32,000 nt of DNA, taken from the NCBI RefSeq assembly GCF_014696225.1, contig NZ_JACJPV010000003.1, forward strand, positions 104,190-136,189, read 5' to 3'. A model generated the notes under the pieces. That model saw only the letters and a list, made by a program, of their open reading frames with translations, ran no database searches and was not told where the DNA came from. The translations under genes were made by a program, and so were the position numbers. This DNA comes from Anabaena sp. FACHB-1237 (lineage in GTDB: Bacteria; Cyanobacteriota; Cyanobacteriia; Cyanobacteriales; Nostocaceae). Positions 1-9,344 of the stretch are shown in pieces; the first letter of the stretch is position 1; every line of letters begins with the position of its first letter.

Positions 1-45
1 CTAACTATTTACAAGTCTCGTTTAACTGATAACTGAGTGCTGATT

Positions 46-789
46 TTAGCCAACGGGGAAGTTAGCACTAGGACTAATAGAAACAGGAATACCTACTGGT
101 TTTCTGTCTCTACTAGTGTCAGGAATTTGGATATTAGCAGTGCTAACAGGTGTATAGGTAACTGTCTTAATATTAATCCCTTTTGCCATATCCAAAAAGT
201 TTTTAATGTCACCCCATTTGTAACGGGCATCTTCTAATTTATCCCGCCAGTAATCACTGTATCTTGGTGTTACTAAATTAAAGGGTCTATCTTTGTAGCG
301 TCTTCTTTGGTAGGGAACTATATTCTCTCCAAAGGTGCTGAGATATTCTTCTGAATCTACTAAAGCATCTACAAAACCACTCCAACCAACATTAGCAATG
401 GTGATGGACCAAGCAATTTCTTCTTCTTTGTTATAGGGTGCACGTCCTAAGATCCTTTTTAGTCCAATTTCTACTAATCTGTAGTTAGAATTGGTTTGAA
501 TTACTAAGGTTTGAAATGCTTCAGATTTAGCTAATCCTCGCACAAAATCACGGACGGAAATGGCTTTATTTTTAATTTGGGATTCTAAGTTACTTTGACG
601 GTAAAATTTCAGGATTACGTGCTCACTAAAAAGTTGCCGATAAGTAGCCCAAATCAATTCTTCAATTTCTCCACCAGCAGCATAATTTTCACTGCGGTAA
701 ATTACTGGTGTATCTTCGTTGGGAACTTCATAACCAGCAACGCGCTGATTTTGAGAACTGGGTTTGTATTCTAATAAAGGTATGGACAT
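46..789 (-). CDS. cpcG: Phycobilisome rod-core linker polypeptide CpcG (distal paralog)
   Basis: 247-aa ORF starting [17 protein letters not shown]. It has PBS-linker domain motifs (YRQLFSEH, NSNYRLVEIGLKRILGR, FGENIVPYQRRR). It is the last gene of the minus-strand cpc operon. Confidence 0.9.
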   Translation of the reverse strand: MSIPLLEYKPSSQNQRVAGYEVPNEDTPVIYRSENYAAGGEIEELIWATYRQLFSEHVILKFYRQSNLESQIKNKAISVRDFVRGLAKSEAFQTLVIQTNSNYRLVEIGLKRILGRAPYNKEEEIAWSITIANVGWSGFVDALVDSEEYLSTFGENIVPYQRRRYKDRPFNLVTPRYSDYWRDKLEDARYKWGDIKNFLDMAKGINIKTVTYTPVSTANIQIPDTSRDRKPVGIPVSISPSANFPVG

Positions 790-846
790 TTTTCTGGTTT
801 TGTCGTGTATTTTTGTAATTTAGTAGCCATCAGCCGTCAGCTATCA

Positions 847-864
847 CCTATCCCTATCCCTATC
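847..864. repeat. Tandem hexamer CCTATC x3 in the cpcG-cpcG intergenic region
   Basis: Read directly: cctatc cctatc cctatc. Confidence 0.8.
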
Positions 865-914
865 AGTCGGTAGGGGTAAACTAGTTTCTGGTTGCCGGTT
901 TTAGCACTGCTAAA

Positions 915-945
915 CCTCAACTCCCAACTCCTCACTCCCCACTCC
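915..945. repeat. STRR-like tandem heptamer (TCCNNAC x4) in the cpcG-cpcG intergenic region
   Basis: Read directly: cctcaac tcccaac tcctcac tccccac tcc. Short tandemly repeated heptamers are typical of heterocystous cyanobacteria. Confidence 0.75.
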
Positions 946-955
946 TTCATCTTTT

Positions 956-1792
956 TTAGTAGGTTTGAGTTCCAGGAATATAACGATAGGGTAGGGAGAC
1001 TGCTACAGGTTTAACTGTGGGTTGTTCTTGGTTATCTCTGCTGGTATCAGGTATAGCAACGCTATTAACGTAAGATTGCGCTGTAGCTAAACTACGTTGG
1101 TAGTTCTGTTCATTGGTGATTATTGTTCCGGCCATGGCAAAGAAGTTAGCAGGAATAGCACGCCGTATATCTGCTGTGGTCAGTTGTCCAGAGGTACGAA
1201 TGCTGTAGAAGGATCTGCCACTGTACTGCCGCATGGCTTGAACATCGCGCCAATATTGGTTGTATCTAGGATTAACTAGGTTAAAGGGGCGATCGCCAAA
1301 ACGACGACGCTGGAATGGTACAATGTCATCACCAAAATTTTCTAAATATTCATCAGAGTCTACTAAAGCATCTACAAAGCCATGATAACCTTGAGTAGAA
1401 ATGACAATAGACCAGGCTATTTCTTCATCTTTGCTATAAGATGAACGGCCTAAAAATCTTTGTAAACTAATATTAACTAAACGATAGTTAGAATTTGTAT
1501 CCACAATTTGACTGCGGAAAACTTCTGATTTTCCTAAACCGCGAATAAATTCTCGGACGTTAATTGCTCGGTTTCTCAGTTGAGATTCTAAGCCAGTTTG
1601 CCGATAACTAGCTAATATTAAATGTTCGCTGAAAATTTGCCGATAGGATGCCCAAATCACAGCATCAATATCTTCACTGGAAGTAGCATTAGCTAAACGA
1701 TAAATAGTAGGTGTATCTTCGTTAGCAATTTCGTAACCGTCTACTCTTTGGTTTTGTGTTGTTGGTGCGTATTCTAATAATGGTATTGACAT
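956..1792 (-). CDS. cpcG: Phycobilisome rod-core linker polypeptide CpcG (proximal paralog)
   Basis: 278-aa ORF starting [21 protein letters not shown]. It is clearly paralogous to the 46-789 product, with the same PBS-linker motifs ([29 protein letters not shown]). Confidence 0.9.
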   Translation of the reverse strand: MSIPLLEYAPTTQNQRVDGYEIANEDTPTIYRLANATSSEDIDAVIWASYRQIFSEHLILASYRQTGLESQLRNRAINVREFIRGLGKSEVFRSQIVDTNSNYRLVNISLQRFLGRSSYSKDEEIAWSIVISTQGYHGFVDALVDSDEYLENFGDDIVPFQRRRFGDRPFNLVNPRYNQYWRDVQAMRQYSGRSFYSIRTSGQLTTADIRRAIPANFFAMAGTIITNEQNYQRSLATAQSYVNSVAIPDTSRDNQEQPTVKPVAVSLPYRYIPGTQTY

Positions 1793-1950
1793 CTTTACTT
1801 TTACCTTGTTATATGGTATGTAGATTGTTTCAATTTTGGGTATTGCTGATTAATATCTCACGCAAAGGTGCGAAGAAAAAGACTGTTCCAGGTTGTTTTT
1901 TTTTGGTTTGATCCTGTATTGATGCAATGTGCAATTTTTCAATTATTTCA

Positions 1951-2006
1951 CTAAGCTGTTGTGCCTTTAACTTGAATAATTAATACAAGCAAGATGCTTG
2001 TGCTAC
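1951..2006. repeat. Dispersed ~56-nt hairpin-containing element, an inverted copy of 18038-18093
   Basis: ctaagctgttgtgcctttaacttgaataattaatacaagcaagatgcttgtgctac matches the reverse complement of 18038-18093 except for a few positions. It contains the hairpin caagca-aga-tgcttg. Confidence 0.8.
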
Positions 2007-2052
2007 TGTAACTTCAGGTTTTTTAATTATACAGTGAGTGCTGCACATTAGC

Positions 2053-2649
2053 TTAGTTGTTAGCCATTAGCACACGAGCGCGAACTGCTTTTTCTGTGTC
2101 GTTGGTCAGCATTTCCTGAAATTTGCTCAATATTGGTGATCTCACTTCAGGTATTTTGGCCATTGCTTGTAATCCTACTACGGCTGCATAACGAATTGAC
2201 CAATCTGTGTCTTGACAAATCCACAGTAAGGTTTCTACGGCGCGGTTGATAGCTGTGCTTTGTTCACTAGCTGGTAATTTTTGCCATTGTAGGTTTCCTA
2301 ATCCTTTAATTGCAGCACGACGCACACTGGGCGCAAAGTCAGTTAAAACTATAGAGATGAAAATATCTAAAGCACGGGGATCAGCGATCGCTGCCAAACT
2401 GCGAATCGAGTAAGCCCGTGCGCCATAGTTATAATCATCTATTTGAGACAGTAGTTGTGGTACTGCCTGTTCTCCTAACTCTATTAACCCTGCTACTGCG
2501 GCCATAGCTGCTCCTGGGTTGTTATAGCCAAAGACTTTAATTAAGGTAGGAATAGCGGCGGGATCTTTTGCTGCTGCTAGGTTTTGGACTGCTTGCACCA
2601 TTTGTGCTGGTGTTTGTGCCAGATTAACTGCTTGAATTAATTCAGTCAT
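2053..2649 (-). CDS. cpcF: Phycocyanin alpha-subunit phycocyanobilin lyase subunit CpcF
   Basis: 198-aa HEAT-repeat protein in the canonical position after cpcE. It has repeated A(A/V)xxL motifs of PBS-lyase HEAT repeats (SVRRAAIKGLGNL, IRYAAVVGLQAM). Confidence 0.85.
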   Translation of the reverse strand: MTELIQAVNLAQTPAQMVQAVQNLAAAKDPAAIPTLIKVFGYNNPGAAMAAVAGLIELGEQAVPQLLSQIDDYNYGARAYSIRSLAAIADPRALDIFISIVLTDFAPSVRRAAIKGLGNLQWQKLPASEQSTAINRAVETLLWICQDTDWSIRYAAVVGLQAMAKIPEVRSPILSKFQEMLTNDTEKAVRARVLMANN

Positions 2650-2667
2650 TTGCTTCAGTCATGAACC

Positions 2668-3498
2668 TTACAACAGTGAATCCATCAAATTCATTACTTG
2701 GATAGCATCAGGGGAAATACTGAAATTTTCAGGATCATTTCCTAGTTGATATTCTAGTAAGCCTTTGAGGGACATGAGTTTGAAACTATTTTCTGCTTGT
2801 GCTTGAGCGATCGCCTTGGCTGCTGCCAGATAGCCAATAGCCCCCAAATCTCCCAAAACCACTCTACGCAACTTAATATCACCTTCTGCCAACCATTTCA
2901 CTAATTTTTCCCCATAAGTGGAATCTTGAGTTAGTTGGTACATTGCTCTATTAGCTGCACATTCTACCCTGGGGATAGGATGCTGTAAAAATGGTTCAAT
3001 CAAGGAAATAGCCTCAGTTGCGCCAATAGCTCCCAAGGCTTCTAATACTGCTTCATAGGGCTGGGTCAGATGGGGGCGGCCGGGTATTTGCACTGCCCGG
3101 GCTACTCCCCCATCTAATAGCTTGATCAATGAGGTAATAGCTGATTTATCACCCAACATAGCTAATGATTGGGCTGCGGCTTCGCGCACGTAAAAATCAT
3201 CACATTCCAAACACTTAATCAAACCTGGGACAGCTTTCAAATCACCCAATTTACCTAAAGATCGGGCTGCATTGCGGCGGAGAGGATAACCGCCCAATTC
3301 TGTGCGATCGTCTTCATCTTCTAAAGCTGCAATTAATTTATCTATAGCTTCTGGTTGGTTGATCTGATAGTGTCCTAGCCACCATGCAGCATAATAGCGG
3401 AGACTTAAATCTGATGATTGCAGATTAGCAATGGCTAGTTCTGGTGTGAGTTGAGGTGCATTCTCAGCAGAATATTCTTCTCCAGTGGTTTCTATCAT
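2668..3498 (-). CDS. cpcE: Phycocyanin alpha-subunit phycocyanobilin lyase subunit CpcE
   Basis: 276-aa HEAT-repeat protein (LRYYAAWWLG, RRNAARSLGKLGD, YVREAAAQSLAMLGD). It lies between cpcD and cpcF, 18 nt upstream of cpcF. Confidence 0.88.
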   Translation of the reverse strand: MIETTGEEYSAENAPQLTPELAIANLQSSDLSLRYYAAWWLGHYQINQPEAIDKLIAALEDEDDRTELGGYPLRRNAARSLGKLGDLKAVPGLIKCLECDDFYVREAAAQSLAMLGDKSAITSLIKLLDGGVARAVQIPGRPHLTQPYEAVLEALGAIGATEAISLIEPFLQHPIPRVECAANRAMYQLTQDSTYGEKLVKWLAEGDIKLRRVVLGDLGAIGYLAAAKAIAQAQAENSFKLMSLKGLLEYQLGNDPENFSISPDAIQVMNLMDSLL

Positions 3499-3514
3499 TG
3501 CTAAGGCGTAATGC

Positions 3515-3754
3515 TTATTCTGCCACAGTCAAAGGCTCAATTTTAACAATTCTGCCACCTAGACGGCTAATGCGCTGCATTTCTTCATTCATGCGGCTGT
3601 AGGGTACGGTAATAAATACGCTACCACTATGACGAATGCTGAATTGATTTTTGTCAGTTTCTTGGTTTTGCTTTAAACCGACAACTTCATAACGAAATAC
3701 ACGGCTGGCAGATGAAGAAACGCTACTTGCACCAAGTGTGGTTTGACCAAACAT
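3515..3754 (-). CDS. cpcD: Phycobilisome rod-capping linker CpcD (small CpcD-domain protein)
   Basis: 79-aa ORF with the motifs RVFRYEVVGL ... FITVPYSRMNEEMQRISRLGGRIVKIEP, a typical CpcD domain. Confidence 0.9.
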   Translation of the reverse strand: MFGQTTLGASSVSSSASRVFRYEVVGLKQNQETDKNQFSIRHSGSVFITVPYSRMNEEMQRISRLGGRIVKIEPLTVAE

Positions 3755-3847
3755 TACTCTAGATCTCCTATGTTTAAGGTTTAAGGTTTAAGTCTAAAAC
3801 CAAAATCACCTATTACAGCGATTTTCATTTATCGCTCAACATTGACC

Positions 3848-4708
3848 TTAGGTTGAAGTGACGCTGACAATTTTGCCACCCATTCTATGAATTTGTTGCA
3901 TTTTGTCTGAAAGGCGCTCATAAGGTACAATGAATACTGTGCTACTCCGACGCACGCTGGGGTATCCCGGATTGCGAATGCCTGCCACTTCCAGACGGTA
4001 AACGCGATCCGATGTCCCTACAGCATTGCCTAGGTTTTGTTTGGGTGCTACATCCGCAGATGCACGGAATCCCCAACCATTGTTAGTTCCTGATGGTCCA
4101 ACAATAGAGGAAGATTTACCACTAGCTAATTCCCGTGCTAAACGAGATTTAGTACCTTCTACTTGAGAGGTATCACTGTTAGCATATCCTCTGTATAAAC
4201 GGAACATCCGAGTAAAACTAGCAGAGGTTTGGCCGGCTTGAAAGTTAAAACCGCGATAATAGGGAACTACATTATCACCGAAGTTGTTTTGATACTCTTC
4301 CGAATCAATGTAGGAGTCTATTTCTGCGTCGTAACCTTCGTTAATATATAAGTCTAAGTGGTATGTTACTTCAGACTCATCTATAGGAGCGCGACCCAAC
4401 AGGTGTTTATAGTTGAGTTCGATTAATCTGGTTTGGAAACTGTTATAGAAGAACTTATTTTTGTACAGTTCTGATTTAGCCACGCTACGGACAAATTCCC
4501 GTACTGTCAGATTACCGTCTCTTAATAAAGACTCTGGACCTACCAAGCGTTCAGAAGCCATCAAGTAGTCGTTACCTAAAACTTGCCGATAGACAGCACG
4601 AATCACTAACTCTACTTCATCTCTGCTGGCGTTAGCGCGAAGTTCTACCTTCCGTCCTTCGCTAAAAGGCTCTGTGCCTAATCTGGATGCTGCTGTTGTA
4701 ATTGCCAT
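3848..4708 (-). CDS. cpcC: Phycocyanin-associated rod linker CpcC
   Basis: 286-aa ORF with an N-terminal PBS-linker domain ([33 protein letters not shown]). It also has a C-terminal CpcD-like domain (RVYRLEVAG ... [25 protein letters not shown]). Confidence 0.92.
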   Translation of the reverse strand: MAITTAASRLGTEPFSEGRKVELRANASRDEVELVIRAVYRQVLGNDYLMASERLVGPESLLRDGNLTVREFVRSVAKSELYKNKFFYNSFQTRLIELNYKHLLGRAPIDESEVTYHLDLYINEGYDAEIDSYIDSEEYQNNFGDNVVPYYRGFNFQAGQTSASFTRMFRLYRGYANSDTSQVEGTKSRLARELASGKSSSIVGPSGTNNGWGFRASADVAPKQNLGNAVGTSDRVYRLEVAGIRNPGYPSVRRSSTVFIVPYERLSDKMQQIHRMGGKIVSVTST

Positions 4709-4777
4709 TTTTTCCCCTTTATTTTGCCAAGTTTGGGCTGAATAAAGATTGCTAGAGATAGCAAATCTGCATTACTG

Positions 4778-4827
4778 CATAAAACTAAATAAAACTAGAT
4801 AAAACCACATAAAACTACATAAAACTA
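4778..4827. repeat. Tandem decamer (NATAAAACYA x5) in the cpcA-cpcC intergenic region
   Basis: Read directly: cataaaacta aataaaacta gataaaacca cataaaacta cataaaacta. Confidence 0.85.
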
Positions 4828-4992
4828 TGCCCGGAGCTAGATCCAACTGCTAGGTGAATGAGGTTTTGGAAATTTTCGCCACGTTTTGATCACATTGAAT
4901 CTGAACGCAGTGATTCCCCCATAAATCTCTGGCGAACCCCTTAGGGTTAATTTCCATCTAGCAATTACATCCCTCTCCGGGCATGAAGCTAT

Positions 4993-5481
4993 CTAGCTTA
5001 GTGCGTTGATAGCGTAGTCAATGTAGGTGTTAGCTTCGTTAGCAGCTTGACCGCCTAAACCGTGATTAGCTTTGATATATTTTAAAGCTTCTACATACCA
5101 GCTAGGAGACAAGTTGAAAGCACCGTTGATTTCAGCTAAACCAGCGATTAAGATTTCATCCAAAGGACCAGTTCCACCAGCTACTAAGCTGTAAGTGATG
5201 ATGCGTAAGTAGTGGCCGATGTCACGAGCGCACTTAGCTTTACCGCGAGCATCAGAAGCAAATTCTGCACCGGGGGTAGAGGTGGTGTAAGGATATTTTT
5301 GGTAAACAGCGTTAGCAGCACCGTCAATTAATTTTTGAGCGTTTGCGGTTAAACCACGAGCAGCTTCCATGCTGGCAACGGCACGTACAAAACGACCATT
5401 AACAGCTTGTAATTCGGTGTTGCTTAAGAAACGTCCTTGGGTATCAGCAGCTGCAATAGCTTCGGTAATTGGGGTTTTCAT
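4993..5481 (-). CDS. cpcA: C-phycocyanin alpha subunit
   Basis: 162-aa ORF starting [27 protein letters not shown]. It contains [17 protein letters not shown] with the bilin-attachment Cys context. Confidence 0.97.
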   Translation of the reverse strand: MKTPITEAIAAADTQGRFLSNTELQAVNGRFVRAVASMEAARGLTANAQKLIDGAANAVYQKYPYTTSTPGAEFASDARGKAKCARDIGHYLRIITYSLVAGGTGPLDEILIAGLAEINGAFNLSPSWYVEALKYIKANHGLGGQAANEANTYIDYAINALS

Positions 5482-5568
5482 GGTTGAATATCTCCTAGAA
5501 TCTTCTTTGGGTTTTTGTTGGCAGAAGCTATTATTTAGCCTCTAAGTGTTCTGAAAGTTTTGTAATGA

Positions 5569-6090
5569 TTAAGCAACAGCAGCCGCAGCGCGGTCAAAGT
5601 AGCTTGCTAATTCAGAAACTAAAGAACTACAATCACCTTTGGTGATACCGTTAGGGTCATTAACGATGGAAATTGCAGCTTCTTTCATTTTGCCAACGCC
5701 AACTGCCACAGAAGCACCAGGTACGCCTAATGCTTGGTAGGTTTCGCGTAAGCCATTTAAGCAACGGTCATCCAGAACACTAGCATCACCAGCGATCGCA
5801 GCGTAGGTAACATAGCGTAAGATAATTTCCATGTCGCGTAAGCAAGCAGCAGCGCGACGGTTGGTGTAAGCGTTACCACCAGGAGCTACTAATTGAGGTT
5901 GATCTGCAAATAAGGAACGAGCAGCACTGGTAACGATGTCTTTAGCATTGCTTGTAATACGGTTAACAACGTCTAAACGTTTGCTGCCAGCACTTACAAC
6001 TGCGGTTAAAGCATCTAGTTGTTCGGTGCTTAAAAATTCGCCTCTAGCGTCAGCTTGGGAAACAACCTTGGTGAATACATCTAATGTCAT
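5569..6090 (-). CDS. cpcB: C-phycocyanin beta subunit
   Basis: 173-aa ORF starting [21 protein letters not shown]. It contains [17 protein letters not shown] and a C-terminal DCSSL second bilin site. It is the first gene of the operon. Confidence 0.97.
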   Translation of the reverse strand: MTLDVFTKVVSQADARGEFLSTEQLDALTAVVSAGSKRLDVVNRITSNAKDIVTSAARSLFADQPQLVAPGGNAYTNRRAAACLRDMEIILRYVTYAAIAGDASVLDDRCLNGLRETYQALGVPGASVAVGVGKMKEAAISIVNDPNGITKGDCSSLVSELASYFDRAAAAVA

Positions 6091-6776
6091 GGACTCTAAA
6101 TCTCCTAAAATTAATGGATTGAGAGATGTCTAGATAAATACTAATTTTTGGGATCAATGTTTAATTCAGATTGCTTGTGTTTACAAGCGTGCAATTATGA
6201 GAAACAGATAGGAATTTATGAGAAACTAGCTAACTGGTTTGTTTTGCTGGTTTATGCAACTTCTGTCTGTTGTTTGACCCCTACAGTTTATGTTTATACA
6301 ATGTCTTTGGGTCATTGTTTGTTACAAATTATGAATAAATAAGATGCTGTAATAATAAATCCCTCAAATCCTTTACATATAAGGCATAGAGATGATAAAA
6401 ATCTCAGTTTTTCGTTACATAACTTTACAATAATTGTAAAGAATCAGAAATTTTCATAGTTTAATATTATTTTTATAATTGCTGTAAGCCTTATCATGAT
6501 TGCGTTTGATCCAGTTTGTTGTATCTGTATTGATTGCTAAATTTGTCAAGGTTTGTAAACTTTATCTTTCTTAATTTTTGGAAAAAATTTGAAAAAAATT
6601 TTTACAATATCCCCCTAGAGGGCATCCCAGTGAATAAAAATCTTTATGCACAGTTTAGCAAGGATCTGAAATATTTTAAGGAAATTTTAAGAATTAGGAG
6701 ATCAAGTTTATACCTTGCAAATATGTTATCCGTGTTATATATTTGATGATATATAACCTAATTAACAGTATTGTAT

Positions 6777-7097
6777 ATGGCAAATAAGCAATTAGTTGAG
6801 TTCGCTTTAGATAGCGGCACTATTTTGGTAGAAGTTGAAGAATCGGTAGATATAGCTATTGAGAGAGTTGCTTTACCATCTGGGCGAGAAATTGCTAAAG
6901 CACAAAAGTCTTTTGAGGAAGCCATAGATAATATTAAGCCATTGGTAACCAATATTGCTAATAAGTTTCAAGACTTAGAACCAAAAGAAATGGAAGTTAA
7001 GTTTGGCATCAAACTAAGTGCTGATGCAGGTGCGTTTATAACTTCTGTAGGTGGGGAAGTTAATTTTGAGATTACGGTGAAGTGGAGTAAAGATTAG
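6777..7097 (+). CDS. Trypco2-like (trypsin-co-occurring domain 2) small protein
   Basis: About 106 aa counted from the ATG at 6777 (the ORF track starts at a TTG at 6771). The C-terminal motif EVKFGIKLSADAGAFITSVGGEVNFEITVKW matches my memory of the Trypco2 / CU044_2847-type family. Its stop lies 13 nt before the trypsin-like protease gene. Confidence 0.7.
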   Translation: MANKQLVEFALDSGTILVEVEESVDIAIERVALPSGREIAKAQKSFEEAIDNIKPLVTNIANKFQDLEPKEMEVKFGIKLSADAGAFITSVGGEVNFEITVKWSKD

Positions 7098-7110
7098 ACT
7101 CGTAGATTTT

Positions 7111-7980
7111 ATGTCAAATGAAAATTACTTTCAGGTCTTTAAAAGTGCGATCGCTCGCATTTATAATCAAAACGGTAAAGTTGTTGGTGCTGGTTTTTTA
7201 GTAAGTCAGTACCATTTTCTTACCTGCGCTCATGTGGTGACAGCAGCTTTAAGTATTGTTACCAGCACACAACAATCACCAGATGGAATTATAGAGGTTG
7301 ATTTTCCCCTCATTGCACCTGGGCAAAAAGTAAAAGCCAAAGTTGTATTTTGGCAACCTGTCAACCCAGGACAAAGTAAGGAAGATATTGCCGGACTACA
7401 CATACAGGATACTCTACCAACAGGAGTGAGTCCTGTAAAACTTGTCACCACATCAGATTATTGGCAACATAAATTCCGCATCTTTGGCTTTCCCCAAGGA
7501 CATGATGCTGGTGTTTGGGCTGACGGTGAACTGCGTGATATTCAAGCTACACGCTGGATACAGATAGAAGCCATTAAAGTTCCTGGGTATCAAATTGAAC
7601 CTGGTTTTAGTGGATCTCCTGTGTGGGATGAATCATTACAGGGAGTTGTGGGAATGGCTGTGGCCGCAGAGAAAAAGCGAGAGAATGTGAAAGCGGCATT
7701 TATGATGCCTACAACAGTGTTAGTGGAAACTTGGGATTTTTTAAATCAAACTGTTGAACAACAAGCAATAAATTCGTTTCCTTCTTTAAGTCGAGTCCAA
7801 GAAATTAAAGCTAAGGAATTGAACAAAAGATTAGTAATTTTAGAAGGCGATTATGAAGCAGTTTACAACCAATTGAATTATACAGAAAATGCCGAAAGTC
7901 GTAATAATTTACAACGACAATTAAATAGAATTGAACAGGATATGAATAAGATTGTCGAACAGTTAAAAATGATCAAGTGA
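7111..7980 (+). CDS. Trypsin-like (S1/chymotrypsin fold) serine protease with a C-terminal helical adaptor tail
   Basis: 289 aa. Catalytic triad contexts are LTCAHVV (His), EDIAGLHI (Asp) and EPGFSGSPVWD (Ser). The last ~65 aa are heptad-like and helical (LNKRLVILEGDYEAVYNQLNYTENAESRNNLQRQLNRIEQDMNKIVEQLK). Confidence 0.85.
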   Translation: MSNENYFQVFKSAIARIYNQNGKVVGAGFLVSQYHFLTCAHVVTAALSIVTSTQQSPDGIIEVDFPLIAPGQKVKAKVVFWQPVNPGQSKEDIAGLHIQDTLPTGVSPVKLVTTSDYWQHKFRIFGFPQGHDAGVWADGELRDIQATRWIQIEAIKVPGYQIEPGFSGSPVWDESLQGVVGMAVAAEKKRENVKAAFMMPTTVLVETWDFLNQTVEQQAINSFPSLSRVQEIKAKELNKRLVILEGDYEAVYNQLNYTENAESRNNLQRQLNRIEQDMNKIVEQLKMIK

Positions 7981-8175
7981 TCACCATTTTAAGTGATAAA
8001 ATAAAACAGACATGATATTTTACACCCTGCTTCAAAATCTTCCTAGTGTTTTATTTGAAATTCTAAAAGAGGATTAATTTGGTGAAAACAGCAGATGCAG
8101 AAAACAGTCGTGATCTTTTAGAATTACTTTTAGAATTAGTAGAGAGAATGCTGATTTACAAATTTTCATCTATTT

Positions 8176-8204
8176 GTAGGGGTTTAGCAATCTTAAACCC
8201 CTAC
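8176..8204 (+). other. Strong hairpin (11-bp stem, 7-nt loop) between the protease and iSTAND-like genes
   Basis: gtaggggttta-gcaatct-taaacccctac read directly. No T-tract follows, so this is not a canonical intrinsic terminator. Confidence 0.6.
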
Positions 8205-8243
8205 TTATAGAATCAAATAATTAAACAATTTTGAGTATAAATT

Positions 8244-9344
8244 ATGGAGATTTTTTATAACATGAAAAAAGCTGACAATATCAGAATTAAAAAGTTAGAA
8301 GAAGAATTTAATCAGAAGAAAAAAGATTACGAAGATACTTGTGACAAATTAAATGAAACCTACGATCCTGAAATCAAAAATAAACTAAATTTAAAAAAAG
8401 ATCGTCTTGAAAGAGAAATGCAAGAAAAGGAGGACGAAATAGAAAAACTAAAATCCTCTACTTCCTATAAAGATGTTACTGAAAAACCAATTTCTCCCTA
8501 TTTAACAATTTTATGTAACCGCACAGAACAAAAATCTCAAATAGAAGAAGAATATAAAAAATTTAAACAGCAAAATTCATATCGTTCCTTGGTTTTTGTC
8601 GTTCATGGTGATGAAAAACAATCTCATGAATCCTTTTTAATTCGGATGCAAGAGTTTATCCTTCCCAAATCAATAGAATCTATATCATACAGATTTAGAA
8701 AACATTTCCTAGAATGGCCTTTAAAATTTGATAATCTCAGAAATCGCTTATTGAAAAATCTATATGAAAATATTTTTAAAAATACGGATGTTTCTCACGA
8801 TAAAATTAAAGATTATTTTATTCAATCATCTAGTGAAGAGTTGATTTTTTATACTGTTATCACAACTAAAAATTGGCAAGAACAAGGATTTAAAATTCTG
8901 GATGAACTATTAAATTTTTGGCAATGGTTGTATAATGAAAATATCATAGAAAAACAAGTAATTATCTGTGTTTTAATTAAATACAAAAATGATGGTAAAA
9001 AAATTAATATAATAATTGAATGGATTAAATCTATCTTCAATTTTAAAAGTCATCATATAACTAATAAAAAAATCTATGCTCATCTAAAATCAATAAACAG
9101 AGACAATAAATTTAATGATTTATTGATCATTTCAGTAGAAGAACTAAATTCAATAACTATCCAAGATGTGAATAACTGGACACATCGTGAGATTATAGAT
9201 TTTATTGACAAAACTAAGATTAATAAATTAAATAGGAAAATTAACCAAATATTTCATGATTGGAAAAAACAAAATTCATCGGAATCAATTCCTATGATGG
9301 AATTAGAGGAACATTTGTCAAAATTACTAGAGGAATTAACATGA
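8244..9344 (+). CDS. Coiled-coil adaptor + P-loop-less STAND-like (iSTAND-type) protein
   Basis: 366 aa. The N-terminal ~75 aa are helical and alignable to the protease tail (DYEDTCDKLNETYDPEIKNKLNLKKDRLEREM). Next comes LCNRTEQKSQIEEEYKKF...SLVFVVHGDEKQSHESFLIRMQEFILP, the strand-loop-helix position where STAND NTPases carry a Walker A. No GxxxxGK[ST] motif occurs anywhere in the protein. The stop overlaps the next gene's start (ATGA). Confidence 0.6.
   Translation: MEIFYNMKKADNIRIKKLEEEFNQKKKDYEDTCDKLNETYDPEIKNKLNLKKDRLEREMQEKEDEIEKLKSSTSYKDVTEKPISPYLTILCNRTEQKSQIEEEYKKFKQQNSYRSLVFVVHGDEKQSHESFLIRMQEFILPKSIESISYRFRKHFLEWPLKFDNLRNRLLKNLYENIFKNTDVSHDKIKDYFIQSSSEELIFYTVITTKNWQEQGFKILDELLNFWQWLYNENIIEKQVIICVLIKYKNDGKKINIIIEWIKSIFNFKSHHITNKKIYAHLKSINRDNKFNDLLIISVEELNSITIQDVNNWTHREIIDFIDKTKINKLNRKINQIFHDWKKQNSSESIPMMELEEHLSKLLEELT

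Noticed and set aside
6148-6952. ORFs 6148-6342, 6534-6746 and 6758-6952 in the cpcB-upstream region
   Set aside because: This is very AT-rich intergenic DNA (the likely cpcB promoter/5' UTR and the island promoter). The translations are Phe/Leu/Asn/Lys-biased with no motifs. The 6758-6952 ORF is antisense to the Trypco2-like gene.
8082-8210. Small GTG-initiated ORF between the protease and iSTAND-like genes
   Set aside because: It has no ATG, no recognisable RBS and no motifs, and it ends inside a hairpin. It is kept only as a note under the hairpin finding.
9260-9340. Upstream start for the MoxR ATPase (ORF track 9260)
   Set aside because: It would overlap the iSTAND-like gene by 85 nt. 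The ATG at 9341 forms an ATGA stop-start overlap typical of translational coupling and precedes the conserved region.
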